NCBI GenBank assembly: GCA_028534125.1
Contig: CM052818.1
Span: 39,744,001 to 39,808,000, forward strand
Reading direction: 5' to 3'
Length of the DNA: 64,000 nucleotides
Origin: Lama glama
Lineage: Eukaryota
Shown: positions 23,251 to 36,750 of the stretch, piece by piece
Layout: the number at the start of each line of letters is the position of its first letter
Position numbering within the stretch: position 1 is the stretch's first letter
Program-made: the position numbers and the translations under genes
The notes under the pieces: generated by a model
The model's input: only the letters and a program-made list of their open reading frames with translations
The model's database searches: none
What the model was told of the DNA's origin: nothing

Positions 23251-26200
23251 AACGGAGAGGGATCAGTGGTAGTTTGGCCACACCAACAGTGCCATGTCAA
23301 AACCAGAATTTCTGCATAAGACCATAGGGGACAAGAAGCCCTGTCACCACCCTCATAGTGGATAGGATCTCTCCCTCCATCTCTGGACTGGTTCTGAAAA
23401 CATCCCTGCAGATTTTATCTTCTATTCATAACCTTCAGACTCTGAAATTTGGGAGTGAGCCAAAGCTAGGTGTTACACGGACTTTAGCTGTGGATGTTAA
23501 GGTCATTTCACAACTAGTTGCAAAGCACATTTTTGACTGGCAGAAAAAAATGCAAAGCAATATTTAAAGTTTTCTTTCTGTGTGTGATGTTGGTTTACTT
23601 CCCTGCCACATAGATCACTCTGAGGAGTGCGGTGGGTACAGGGCAGGAGGGTGTGGCAAGTGAGTTTCAGTGGGGATCTGCTGGCTGGCGTAGCGTCAGA
23701 AGAAGCCAGGTGAAACCATTCTGCCCTTTCCAGCTTGTGGGTGTCATTGTTCTCCACAATTGGGTGATCCTCCTCAGCCTGCTTGGCTGATACCAGGTTC
23801 TTGGAGGCTCCCAGAAAACCCCCATGTAAATGTGCAGCCCAAAAGGTGGGTGCACAGCTGAGTTTGTGCCTCACCTGGCCCTGGGGGCGTGCATCCCTCT
23901 GGCCCAGGAGACATGCCTCTCGGTTGTGCAAAGAAACTTACTTAAAAGTATTCCCGTTGGTAGGATGATTTCAGAGACATCTATGAGAATTTCCCTCCCT
24001 TTGAAAACAAACAGACCCTCACCTGCATCCCTTCCCTTCTCCCCAGGGACCTGGAATCCCTCACTTTCTCGTGAAAACCCTTCATTCCTTAGTGAGAGCT
24101 GATCTTTAGAATGCAGACCCAGCAGGAGGAGCTACCACTTCTCCACTTCTTGAGTCCTTTCCATATAGAAAACACCGTGGCAGGAGATTGCCATCCGGAG
24201 AAGTTATTCTTATTTTTTTAGATGAAGAAACAGAGGCTTAGAAGTATCCATTTGCACAAGGTGACAACGTGTGTCACAGAACCAGCTCTCACACCCAGAT
24301 TCTTCACACTCCAGAGTCCATGCACTCCCAGGGCCCTCTCCTGTCTCCAAGATTCCCATTCACTTTGCCCACACAGTGCTGGGCTTTAACCCTCCTGGAG
24401 AGGGAGAGAGCAGCTAGGATCTGTGGGCTGAGAAAGCTTTGGGCCTCCCAAGGTGTGCTGTGTGCAAGCCCAGGGATGATGAAGGCTGGGGTCCTAGCCT
24501 TGACCTCCAGGCACAAGACAGAGGCCCTCCTCCTGCTCCGTGGGGCAGCCTACCAAGGCGTCTCATTCAGGCTGGAGCCCCTTCTAGGAGAAGGGGAGTG
24601 GGTGTGTGTGGCTGACCCCTGCGTGCACCAGGGCTCTCCTGCCTCTCTTCCATCAGGAGAGGGCGCAGCTTATTTGAGAGGGCGGTGTGGGCGGAAGAGG
24701 TTTCTGTGCATTTCTGTTCACTTCACTTGCTCGAGTATAAGCCACGAGCCTGAGTAATGGTGGAGCACCTAAGCTGGGCATGTCAAGGGCTGTTGGCAGA
24801 ATGGAGTGTGAGGCCCCAGATGGGTCTCTGGGGCTGGCTGTCCTAGTGGGATGTGACTGTTACTTTCCAGTGCCCTTCAGAGCTTCATCTTGTAGTCGAG
24901 GCACCAGTGATCCATGTGGCTGCAAACCAGCTGGAGAAGGCAGGCGGAGTAAGTCAGGTCCCCCAGACCAGACTCCTCACCTTCATGGTCTGGCCCGGGG
25001 ATCTCTCCACGTGCTGCTGCAGAAACCTCAATCCTGACACTTCCAACTGTGTGATGACTGGCTGCTTACTTAGAGATTGCAGGTCCCTTGAGGCCGGTTG
25101 TGTTGGTCCCAGCATTCCCAGTGTCTTTTGTGACACCTGAGCCCGAGATGTCTCTAGCTAAGCTGGAATGTGGACAACAGCTTTGCCCCAATTACAGGAA
25201 TGAGGACAACTTCATGGGAAACAGAGAAAAGAAGGCAACTGGTTCACTGTGGTTCTGGGGAAAGTCCCGTTCTGCTCATTTGGACTGTGAATGAGAACCG
25301 TGAGTATAAACTGGAGTAGAAGGACTGTCCCTGGCTGCTTGGACTCTGGCTCCAGCCAGAGAGATGGGGCTGGCTGGAGGAACTTTCCAGAAAAGGGAGC
25401 AGCAGCCTTGCTCTGGGACAAATCCTGTATTGCCTTTTCAGATAATTGTAATCTGCTAGCATGAAGGCTGTGCGTGTTGCTTCCATTTTACCGTGTATTT
25501 AAAATGAACCTTCTGAAAATTTAGAAGGCAAGTAAAGCAATCCTGCTAATTTAATGAACATGAAGCTGTAAAAGTAGCTTTTATAGAGTGTCAGCCACTC
25601 ACTGAGGAGCCTGGTAGCCAGAGGGAAAGAAGAGGGAAAAGGTGTGCCGTGCCTCATCCCAAGAGGCCAGGGCTTTTTCTAGTTTTCTGTAGCATGTGGG
25701 GTCTCTGAGGGGCAGAGGAGCTCTGCTGTGAAGGAAGCATCCAGAAACCTCAGCCCTATGAATTTTCCCTTCAACTTGCCTTGGTTTCTTTCTCCACGAT
25801 GAGCCCGGAGGAGTGACAGAGCTGTCAGGAAACACTCATCCCTCTGGGTTGGTGAACGTCTCCCTCTGGTACCTCTGTGCCAAGGGGTCCGGACTGAAGA
25901 TGAGCCTCTTTGCGGTACCCTCTGAGGCATGCGGCCTATCTCCAGAGCTGGTCAGAACGCAGGGGAGGGAGGCCGGCCTGTCCTGTCAGTAATCCCCTTG
26001 TCACGGCCACCTCCGGAGACTGCTCACCCTGACACAGGGGATGTGATGGGCAGCCTGTCAAATAGATTGTGAGCGCATTAGCAGGATTAGTGGTGAAGGC
26101 GAGTATTTCAGTACTTCCAAAGTTCACGCATGGCCTCCGAGACTGGCCTGCTCCGCTGCCAAAGTGGGCAGGGCGCGGGCTTGAGAAGCCACGTCACCTC

Positions 26201-26704
26201 TGGGCCTGGCCCCGAGGTGGTCAGGGGCTCAGAGGTCCTGCTGCGCTCCACTTCTGTTTATATATCTTTATTCCACAACAGAGCTTGATTTATAATATTA
26301 GTATAAAGTGCTAACTAAGAATTCTTTGCTTTCTTACCGGTAAACTAGCTGAAATCCTGTAGCAACCCCTCAGAACCAGATGCTTTGGTCTTGGCAGTGA
26401 CTGAAGCATTACTGATTTTATTTTTGCTTGTTAAAGTAATATACCCTCGTTGTGGAAAAACTGGACCAGGAAAGTATAAGGGAGAAATTTAAAATATTCA
26501 ATCCTTTCACCAGATATTTCACCTCTGATGCCATTTTGTATTTTCATACAGTCTTTTGTCTATGCATATGTATTAAACAAAATTACAATTATATTATTTA
26601 TTTGATTTGGTTTCCTTTTTTTTAAAAAACCGAAATGTTATCATTTGCCAACTTTCTTGCACTTTTAGTGAAAATACCTATGAAATAGTGTATGTGAGTG
26701 TATT

Positions 26705-27266
26705 TGCATTCATTTTCTATTGACGTATGATATTACCACAAACTCGGCAACTTAAAGCGATGCCCATTCATTAGCTCACAGTTCTGTAGATCAGAAGTTG
26801 AGATCTCTGCTCAGGTTTCAGCAGGTCAAAATCAAAGTGTCAGCTGGGTTGAGTTTTCCTCTGGAGGCTCTGGGGAGAATCACTTCCAAGCTCATTCTTG
26901 TCAGCAGGATTCAGTTCCTCGAGATGGCAGGGCTGAGGTCTTCACGCCCTTGCTGGTTGTTGGCTGAGGACTGTTCTGAGCAGCTGGAGGCCACCTGTCT
27001 TCCTTAGACGTGTGGCTCCCTTGATCTGCAAGCCAGCAACGGTGCATTGAATCCTTATTGTGCTTTGGATGTCTGGCTTCTTCTCTGATCAACTAGAGAA
27101 AACTCTTTGCTTTTAAAGGGCCCGTCTGTTTAGGTCAGGCCCACCGGAATAACCTCCCTATCATCTTAAAGTCGACTGTTCCGTAACAGGACCTAATCAG
27201 GGGAGTAAACGCCATCATATTGATAGTTGTCAGTATTATGCAGGGCATGTATCTCTACTTATCACA
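26705..27266. mobile_element. MaLR solo LTR (MLT1 family)
   Basis: ATTACCACAAACT...CTTAAA...AGCTCACAGTTCTGTAGATCAGAAGT...GGAGGCTCTGGGGAGAATCACTTCCAAGCTCATT; TG...CA ends; near-match 5-bp flanks GTATT/ATATT. Confidence 0.8.
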
Positions 27267-27468
27267 ATATTAGAATTTATTTAACAGTTTCCCTGTTTTA
27301 AAATACTGAGTCATAAGGCTACAATTCCACAGTTAAGTCTGCCAAAGCACTGCTTTCTGGAGAAATGAGACATATTGCCACTTTGCAGCTTCATTTGGGA
27401 ATCCTGCTTTTGGCCAATCGTGTGAGAGTGGGGCTATGGCAGTCTTTTCTGGATTGTAGGATAATTGG

Positions 27469-27931
27469 TGTATTAGTTTTCTAGGGTTGATCAGCATAAC
27501 AAAGTATCATGAACCTAGTGGCTTAAAACAATAGAGAATTATTGTTTCACAGTCCTGGAGGCTGGAAGTCTGAAGTCAGAGTGTCAGTAGAGCTGTGGTC
27601 CCTCTGAAAACTGTAGAATTCTTTCCTGCCTCTTCTGAGGTCCTAGTAGTTAGCCAGCCATCCTTGGGTTTCCTTGCTTTGCAGCTGCGTAACTCCGACG
27701 TCTGCCTTCCCTGTCAGCGCTGTTGTGCCTGTGTCTTCGTGTGGACATCTTATAAAGACACCAGTCGTACTGGATTAGGGACCCCCCCCCCATATAATCT
27801 CATTTTAACTTAACTGATTACATCTGTAACAACTCTTATTTTCAAATTAGGTTACATTCTGAGGTTTTGGGTGTTAGAACTTTAGTATATCTTTTTTGTC
27901 CTTCCCAGTGGATACAATTCAACATTTAATG
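27469..27931. mobile_element. MaLR solo LTR (MLT1B/C-like)
   Basis: TGTATTAGTTTTCTAGGG...GTGGCTTAAAACAA...CACAGTCCTGGAGGCTGGAAGTCTGA...TTATAAAGACACCAGTC...GGATTAGGG...ACAATTCAAC; flanks ATTGG/ATTGC resemble a decayed 5-bp TSD. Confidence 0.85.
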
Positions 27932-28489
27932 ATTGCTATATTAGGTGACTTTCTTAGTGGAAACTGAGTAGATACACAGAGTGGTAGGCCTTGAGCCAAA
28001 AGCAGATATCACAGGGGTAGTTATTTTAGCAAAGATTAAGAAAGCTGGCTGGGCTGTGGGGTAGCATGCTAGCAGGTGGTGCTGGGCCAGGTCTGACTCC
28101 TGATTCCCATGGATAGGAATACCGTGATATCACCATCCTGGGGTTAAGTCCTTACCTGACATTTCCTGATGTAAATTCCTTTGCCCAAGCTTTGGCTAGT
28201 GGCCCTGAGGCTCAGTGAGCTGGGTGACAAAGGGCAGATACAGCCAAGGCTTCTCTGACAGGTGGTCCTGGAAGCAGGGACTATGTATAATGTTGAAAAA
28301 TCTGTTTCCCCATCTCTTTTGCTTTTGCTGTTGACTCAAGTTTGCACAGATCTTTTTAGTTTGGAAAGTGATTTCACAATTTATGATCTTTCATAATTTT
28401 CGCATCCACCCTGTGAAGCTGAAATGACTCTTTCCTTTTAGGTATGGTGAAGTTAAGTGTTACCATACAATAACTGCCAGCCAACAAGA

Positions 28490-28640
28490 TGAAAAGTAAA
28501 TATTACTGTTTGCACTTTACAGATGAGACATTATAAAAGGTTAAGTGACTTGTCTCGTAGTACTTAGCAAGTGGTAGAACTGGGATCAGGACTCGGGGCT
28601 GTGTCCCCGAGTCTGGTGCATCGTCCTGGCTCTGTGCTAC
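28490..28640. mobile_element. MIR SINE
   Basis: CACTTTACAGATGAGAC...GGTTAAGTGACTTGTC...AGCAAGTGGTAGAACTGGGAT. Confidence 0.7.
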
Positions 28641-28834
28641 CAAGCTGATCACTAACTCAGACCTGCCTGGAGAATGTCATCACAGGCACAGCACAGGGAT
28701 GCCGGAAGTCCCGCTTTCAGAAGTATCCTCTAGACCCAACACTTAACTAGCTGTGTGACCTTGGAAACGCAGGTTAAATTTCCTTGGCTTCATTCATTCG
28801 TTCAGTCATTCACTCAACAGTTGTTTTCTAACAA

Positions 28835-29379
28835 TTTCTTTTCCCCCCTCAGCTTTCTTGAGATATAATTGACATATAACATTTTGTAAGTTTAAGGTGT
28901 GCAATTTGATTATTTGATACATGTATACATTGTGAAAATGATTACTACAAAAAGATTGGTTAGCATATCCATCATCTGACATAATTCCCTTTTTTTGTGT
29001 GTGTGGTGAGAAGATTTAAGATCTCTTAGTAACTTTCAAGTATGCAATACAGTATTGTTAACTGTCGTCACCGTGCTGTACATTAGGTCCTCAGAACTTG
29101 TTTATCAAACAACTAAAGGTTGTACCTTTGATCAGTTTCTCCCCATTCCCAACCGTCAGCCCCTAGCAACCCAAATCCCACTCTCTGTTTCTGAGTCCAA
29201 CTTTTTTAGATTCCACGTATAAGTGAGATCATACAGTATTTTTCTTTGTGCAATTTCTTTATTTCACTAAGCATAATGCTTTCAAATTCCACCTATGTTG
29301 TTGTAAGTGACAAGATGTCCTTTTTTAATGGCTGAATAATATTCGTATATTTACATTTATGTCTTATCTATCTATCTAA

Positions 29380-29424
<45 letters not shown>

Positions 29425-31775
29425 ACATATTCTTTATTCATTCATCCATTGATGATCACTTTGGTCTTTTCATGTTTGTCTATTGTGAATACACTGCAGT
29501 GAACGTGAAAGTGCAGATATTTCCTCAAGACAGTAATTTCATTCCCTTCAGATATATATCCAGAAGTGGGATTGCTGGATCATATGGTAGTTCTATTTTT
29601 AATTTTTCATAAAAATTCCATACCATTTTCCATAGTGATTATACTAATTTACCTTTCCACTCAGAGGGCACGAGGGTTCCTTCTTCTGTACGTCCCAGCC
29701 AGTGTTCATTATCTCTTGTCTTTTTGATAATAGCTATTCTAACAGGTGTAAGGTAACATCTCATCATGGTTTTGATTTGCATTTCTTTGAGAATTAGTGA
29801 CCTTGAGTACCTTTTCATGCACCTGTTGACCATTTGTACGTCTTTTTTGGAAAAATGTCTATTGAGGTTCTCTGCCCATATGTTTAATGAGTGTTGTTTT
29901 TCTGCTATTGAATTGTATGAGTCAGTCCCCCTCACCCCCGACATTTTTTGTTTTTGATGTCACAGTTTACATCTTTTTATATTGTATGTCCACTAACAAA
30001 TTATTTTTAATTACAAACTATAAATTATACATCATAACTATCATCTCATTCTCTCCTGGCCTGCAAGGTTTCTCCTGAAAAATCCTCTGATTAGCCTTAT
30101 GGGGTTCCCTTGTACGTGAGGAATTTTTTTTCTTTTACAACTTTAAAAATTCTTTGTCTTTGGTTTTAGACAATGTCATTATAATGCATCTTAGAGAATG
30201 TCTTTTAGGTTGAAATTATTTGGAGATATATGAACTTCATGAACTTGAATGTCCACATCTCTCCCCAGTGTTGGAAAATTCTCAGCCATTATTTCTTTAA
30301 ATAAGTTTTTGCCCCTTTTTTCTTCTCTTCTGCTTCCAGTACTCCAATAATACATGATTTTTTCTCTTATAGTTCATGTAGACTTTCTTCAATCTTTTGC
30401 ATTCTGTTTTCTTTGTTCTCCTCTTACTGGACAGCGTGAAAAAGATCTGTCTTCTCCCTTACAGATTCTTTCTTCTGCTCTACCCAGTCTGATTTGATGC
30501 TCTCTATTGCATTTGTCATTTCATTCACTGAGTTTTCAGGTCTAGAAATTCTCTTTTGTTGTTGTTGATGATGATGATTTCTCTCTACCTGGTAAACTTC
30601 TCATTTCATTATTGTTTTCCTGATTTCATTGAATTGTCTTTCTGTGTGTCCTTGTACTCACTGAGCTTCCTTAAAAAGACTATTTCATATTTTTCATCAG
30701 GCAGATATTTCATACTTTTCATTGGGCAGATCTCAGATCTCCACTTCATTGAGGTTTGCTACTGGAAATTTATTGTTTCTTTGGTGGTGTTATGTTTCCT
30801 TGATTTTTAAATTTTCCTTGGAATTTTATGTTGCTGTATTTGAAGGAGCAGTCACCTCCTCCAGTCGTTACTGACTGGCTTTGGAGAGAAGTGCCTTCCA
30901 GCATCCATGTCAGGGACTCTGAGCCTTTCCTCAGATCTTTTCTATTGATTCTCCTGCTCTACAGTTCTTGTCCCTTTTGGAGGGGGAGTTCATAAGTCGG
31001 CATGCCTTCTCTCAGTCCTGCAAAGCCACACTTGGTGCTGTCAGTCTCCCTTTTGCTTTCCCCAGGACTGTGCTAAATGCTCGTGTTTGTGTGCTTTCTC
31101 GCAGTCCTGTAGATTTGGACTGGCTTTCTGCATGAGCTTACTAGCTGTCTGCAGAGGCTTGCTCTTGCTGATATAGGAGCCAGCCACAGGATGGGGTGAG
31201 GTTGTGGAGCACTGGAGGTGTCTGTACCAGTTGGGAAGATCCGTGGGGGAGGCATCCTCAGTGACTCATCGATGGACTTCCTGATGGACTGTGCAGCACA
31301 GTAGGATCCATGTCCCTCTCCTGCTGTCCAAGACCCCTGGCTGCTGTTTGGCTAGCTACATCCCACTCCCCAGTCATGCAGCACACCTCAGTATTCTGGG
31401 TGGAATGGGAACAAATTGGGTCCCACACAGCTGGGGGAGCTGGGTATCACTCACACACTCACAGTTTCCCTCGTGCGAGAAATCACAGGCAGAAGAGGTC
31501 TCCCTTGGCACCGAGCTGTGCTACCTTGGGGGAGGGGTGATGTGAGTTTAATGAAACTGATCCTCTTACCCTGTTCAATGCATCCAATCTTGGATTTTAA
31601 AATTTGTTTAAATTAAAAATTTTTTTTTTTTTTTGCCCCAGCCATGTGCTGGAACTTTTCCACTAGACTCCTGGACTTCCACAAAGGCACCCTTATCTCT
31701 AGGCGATCACCTAATCTTTGGGAGGAAGATAGTAGAAAACTCTTGTTCCTCTGTGCTAATTATGTCACTCTTCTT
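28835..31775 (-). mobile_element. Internally deleted LINE-1: 3' UTR and ORF2 C-terminus (~28835-29920) joined to inter-ORF, ORF1 and 5' UTR sequence (~29920-31775)
   Basis: Minus ORF 29639-29944 reads [56 protein letters not shown], the L1 ORF2 C-terminus. GGAAAATTCTCAGCCATTATTTCTTTAAATA (~30273) is antisense ORF1. There is a T-rich tail at the left end and a (TG)n(TA)n repeat at ~29380-29418. Confidence 0.85.
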
Positions 31776-34559
31776 AACGTCTGCTTCTTGAGCACTTATT
31801 TACCAGGCCCTGTTCTAGGCCCTGGAATTACAGCAACATAAGCTAAAGTGCTTGAGGAATTTGTCTTCTAGAATTGCATCCATTTTATAATTTGTAAAGT
31901 AAGGGTAGAGCAAGTACATGCCTAATTAAGACGTGAAGAGTAAAGAAAAAAATCATGCAGGTAATGGGCTTAGCTCAGTGCCAGGCACATCATAATTGTC
32001 AGTAGGTGTCAGCTGTTTATATAGAGAGATCACACACAGCGGCACGTGGGTCTAACGCTTGACTCTTTTGGAACTGCAGTGCCTCAGCATGGGGGGAGCA
32101 TACTGAATAATCTGGGGGAAGGTGTAAATTTGGAGCCTTGGAAGCACGCCTTTTCCAGATCTAGGATTGACACACAAAGCTGGAGTGCAGGGGTTGTCAT
32201 GAGGGCGGTGGCAGGGCCTCCCAAAGAGCAAGGTTTGGAGGACACATACCACGTTCATCTACTCATTCACCTTATGCTTCCCTGCTCCGTTGCCTAGATC
32301 TGTGGCCAGAGGTGAAGGATTCCACACTGCAAAGCAAAGAGTCAGTGAGGACCAAAAGCGACACAACACAAGTGACACTGTGTGGAGTGCGTTGCTGGCT
32401 TTACATTTGGTTCTGCCTAAACGGCCCACTGTATTAGATGCCTGTCTTAAGTTCCTACACCTCAATGTGGGGTATTAACTCCAATAGAAAACATGCAATC
32501 CACCCAAAGCTAACATAGTTTAAGAAATGTAATATTTTATATGCATCACATTTTAGAAAGCTGTTTTTTGTTGAGGAATGGGGTAACCACTACCCGACAT
32601 TTTACTTTGCCTTGGGGATACAACTCCGAGGGTTGGGGTTTATACTACAATTTAGCTAATCTGCTCAGATTCGGCATCTGCGCTCCTTTAAGTGGCATTT
32701 AATATTACGACAGGAAGTCTTTACTGTTTTTCTATCATAAAGAAACATTACTAGACTATACTGTATTATGTGCTCAAATTGGCTTGCCATCTCTGGTGAA
32801 CTGTAGAAGAAGTGGAAACAGATAGTGAGTGAAGAGGGGATGCTTGCACGATCAGTCTCACATCCCACAAGGGTTTAGGTCTGCAGTGTGCATGTCAGGC
32901 CAGAGATCAGGGTTCAGGGCTTTCCAGAGCTCCCTGAGACAGAGAAAATGACATTTGTCTCTCGGGTCAGTTGTGATGCTTAAATGAAATAATATGGGCA
33001 GTAAACCTGCTGCAGGATGGATATTCAGCAAAAACACCTTTTAAGTCTCCTGCCTTATGAATTCAGTTTTCTTCAGTATTTTTGAAAAGCAGTTATAAAC
33101 CACATTAGTTTTTTTTTTTTTTTATTTCTAGCTGCAGGATCTGGCACACAGAAGGGATCAGTGGGAGTTTGTGGATGAGCTGTTTGTAGTGTTTGGTATA
33201 AAGGTATATCCTCTCCACACCCTTTGTCACCAGCAGTGGTGGGTGGGTTTGGAGATTTGGTGCTATCTCCTAGCTCTTGAGCCAAACACACAGACAGCTG
33301 GTTTATCTCTTTCCAGATAAGGCTCATGGGAGAGTCATTCCTGTCTTCAGATTTGAGCCCTTTAAAGCAAATGCCCTGCCTTTAAATCTGCCTTTCAAAT
33401 ACCAGGTCACATTCTGTGTGCCTGGAACAGTACCAGAGTTTAGAAATTCAGGGAGAAATTAGAGGCATCCATTACCCTTAGGAAGTCAACAATTAAGTAG
33501 CAGAGAAAGTGCTATACAGACAGACAGGCAGACATACAGACAGGCAGATGTACAGACACACTCATGCATACATTTATATATGTGCTTTGTGTGTGTGTGT
33601 ATTTGGGGAGATGGTGCACTAAAGCAAGGGGAAACACTCAGTGTGAGAAATCTGAAGATATGAGTATGGTGACCATGTTTTATATGTCAAAATTAGGCTC
33701 CATGGACTAATAAGAATATAGGTCCATAGAAAGTAAAAAGGAATAATGCTTAAAGTTGAGGTAATCCCAGAATCAAGGCTGCCTCCTTACGAGGTAGTTC
33801 TTGTCCTCTAGAAGTTTACAATTTAGTTGTCGTGTGCACATCCCTGGATAAAAGAGAGTGCAGCTCTGTGAGATGTATCATAGAGGCAAGAGGAGGAGAA
33901 CCCAAAGAGACACATGGCCCCTGAGAGCCATGGGAAATGAGAAAGGAGAAGGGAAAAGTTTAGTGTCCGTGAGTACTGAAGGGATCTGGGAGAAGAGGGC
34001 ATGCTGGGTCTGGAAGGATGTTGTACAAAGGCCTGGCTGCAATCTTGTCTAAGCAGGGAGATCAAAGAGCTTTTCCTAGATTTAAGACAATAAGGCACAC
34101 ACACATCCTTGGGAAGCCAGGTGCTTCTGTGGCCAAGGACTTTGCAGCTTGTCTGGCTGGCTCTCAACAACATGGTTGAGAACAGACATGTGGGATTGAT
34201 TAGAAAACTATTATGCTTGGGAAAAAATGTAGACATCAGAGACATGAAAATGAGACCATGTGAGCTTTTGTAAGTGAAATGTGCCTGTCATTGTGGTTTA
34301 CCTGTCCGAAGACCTTGTGAGCAACCTGTGGATATGGCTGGGGAAAACGTGTCTTTGGAGGCCCCTCCTCTCTTCCTTGCACCCTGATGTCTTTCCTTAG
34401 ACGGCACCTGATGTTTATGATAGTTTGCTTTCTGAGATAGGACCTTCCTCTCACCGGTTGTTATCAGGAAGTGAACTGGTGGCCCACTAAACTCGGGCTT
34501 TATCAGACTCTCAGGAGGAAACCTTGTGTGTGTGTGTGTGTGTGTGTGGGTGGAGATGG

Positions 34560-34780
34560 TATAGCAAAGGGATCAAGGACCCGCTCTGGAGACTTCTTGT
34601 TGTTGACATTTGGAAAGTCACTTAAGCTTTCTGAACCTAGATTCTTAATTCATAAATGGAAATAATAATACCGATCTTGCAGAGTTCTTGAGAGGACTCA
34701 ACAAAGTAACAAATACAATAGGTAAGTACAGTGCTTGGCACATATTAGGTATTCAGTAAATCTCACCTGTTATTATTGCT
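34560..34780. mobile_element. MIR SINE, preceded by (TG)n at ~34525-34548
   Basis: TGACATTTGGAAAGTCACTTAAGCTTTCTGAACCT...ATAAATGGAAATAATAATA...ACAGTGCTTGGCACATATTAGGTATTCAGTAAAT. Confidence 0.8.
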
Positions 34781-35794
34781 ATTTGGGGGGTACAAGGTGA
34801 TATAGTATGGATACCTTCTGGGTATAGTTAGAGCAAACTTAAAATCTGTTTGGGGTGGGGACGGGGAGGGGGCGGGCACACAAGCCTACACATTGCTGTC
34901 CATAGTGCTGAACCGTTGTTGCACAGGGCATGGCTGATGATCCTAACCCCAGGCCACTGTTGATAACTGATTAGTCTCCCCTGGGAATTCTGAGCCAGGA
35001 ATGCTGAATGAACAGACCCAGATGGTAGAGAGGCAGACTTAACAGTGGCTTTTGGATAAGTGAATGAGAAATTTCTATGGAGAGAAAAAGAGACATTTTA
35101 ATTTCTTTTAGATACTTATATTACCCCAACCCCCCCCCAAACTGACATGGCTGAAAATGCCAATAAAAGTAAGACGTGTGTTATGTGCTGGAAGACTGTG
35201 CAAATGTTAATGTGAATGATGAATTTGAGTGCTGATCAGAAGCCTAGAGGGGTAGAGATTGTTCAAGTGAGGTGTCATCAGTTGGGTAAAAACAACATTA
35301 AAAATTTTGTAATTTTCACAATGTCACAGAACAAATAAAATCAATATTTTATGATGTATGTGGTCAATTTTGTGTAATATTGAACATTTAAGCACACTTC
35401 TGAGTGTAGTAAGTTTTCTTGGAAAGTCAGAGTTTCGAATGGCAGGTGTCTCCCCCCATTCCTCTCCCGGGGGGCTCTGGTGAAGGTTCTGGGTATACTG
35501 TTTTCTCTGGGGCCTCCTATGTTTCCCTCCTCTTCTCACGGGGGCCCAAGTTGCTGGAGCAGCTTGGCTAACCTGCCTCCTAATGTCTACTGGCTTGTCA
35601 GTTTATCCTATCTATCGTCCATCCATCCATCCACCACAGGTTACCAGATATGCAATTATTGAGCATCTACTGCAGATTATATGTTCTGGTGCTTTGTTGT
35701 ATATTTTGTACCAAGAAAGAAGCTTGTCTAATCTGCTTGTTATCGTAACAAACCCTGACCTTTGACCCAGCCCCTCCAGAATCTGCTGGTGCTG

Positions 35795-36750
35795 TATTTA
35801 TTCCTTCATTCGACAGCATTCATTAAGCATTAATTATAAGCCAGCTGCTGTTCTGGGGATACACAATACATACTGCTATCTAGTGGCTGGATTACTGAAA
35901 TAGGCCTCTGATTGGTTCTGTTTTTGCCATCGACATCCTGCAGTTCATTGTCAATACAACCAGCGGTCCTTTTAAACCTAAGTCTTGTTGTCATTTCTCT
36001 GCTCGTAGTCTCCCGGTAGCTTCCCATCTCGTTTGGTTGGGAGGTAGTGGTGGAGGTGATGAGAAGAATTTGTATTACCTCTCTATATTTTGAAGGCATA
36101 GCCTACAGGACTCACTGACAGATGAGAAATTGAGTATGAGCAAAAGAGTGGAGTCAGTAACATCCCCAAGGAATTTGTCTGTAGCGACTGGAAAGGTAGA
36201 GCTACCAATTAGTGAGCTGGAGGAGGCTGGCAGGAGCAGATTTGGAAGTGGAAACTCCAAATCATATTTTGGACACGAGAAGTTTGACATACCTATTTGG
36301 CATTTAAATGGGGAGACTGAGCCTGCAGTTGGATACAGAAGTCTGGAGTTTAGGCTGCAGATACACTTTCTGGATTCAATAGCATATAAAGGGCTTTTAA
36401 AGCCTCACGTCCATGTAAGACTCACAACATAGAGAAAAGAGAAGTTCCCAGGACTGAGTTCTGGAGCATTCATCATTTAGGAGGTGGAGAAATGAGAGAT
36501 GGGAAGGAGACTGAATAGGAAAAGGTGAAGAACTGGAAGTGAACTCAATTTGGAAGTGGGTTGTATCAAGGGAAAATATATTTGAATAAAGAGAGTGGGG
36601 CGAGTGCTGAAAATTGACTTTTGGAAATCACAGGGGGACTTGATAAGAGCTATTTTGGTGGAATAGTGGAGTAAAAAGTGTGATTAAATTGTGTTCAAAA
36701 GAAAGTAAGAAGAGAGAAAATAAGAAAGAGGAAAGACAACTGTTTTAAAG
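35795..36750 (-). mobile_element. LINE-2 relic with an internally inverted segment
   Basis: L2 3' terminus TTTATTCCTTCATTCGACAGCATTCATTAAGCA...TTCTGGGGATACA, and antisense body TATATTTTGAAGG...GGAAAGGTAGAGCTACCAATTAGTGAG...TTTTGGACACGAGAAGTTTGA...GTTGGATACAGAAGTCTGGAGTT. Confidence 0.75.

Noticed and set aside
29639..29944. ORF with real protein similarity
   Set aside because: A decayed L1 ORF2 C-terminal fragment, not a host gene.
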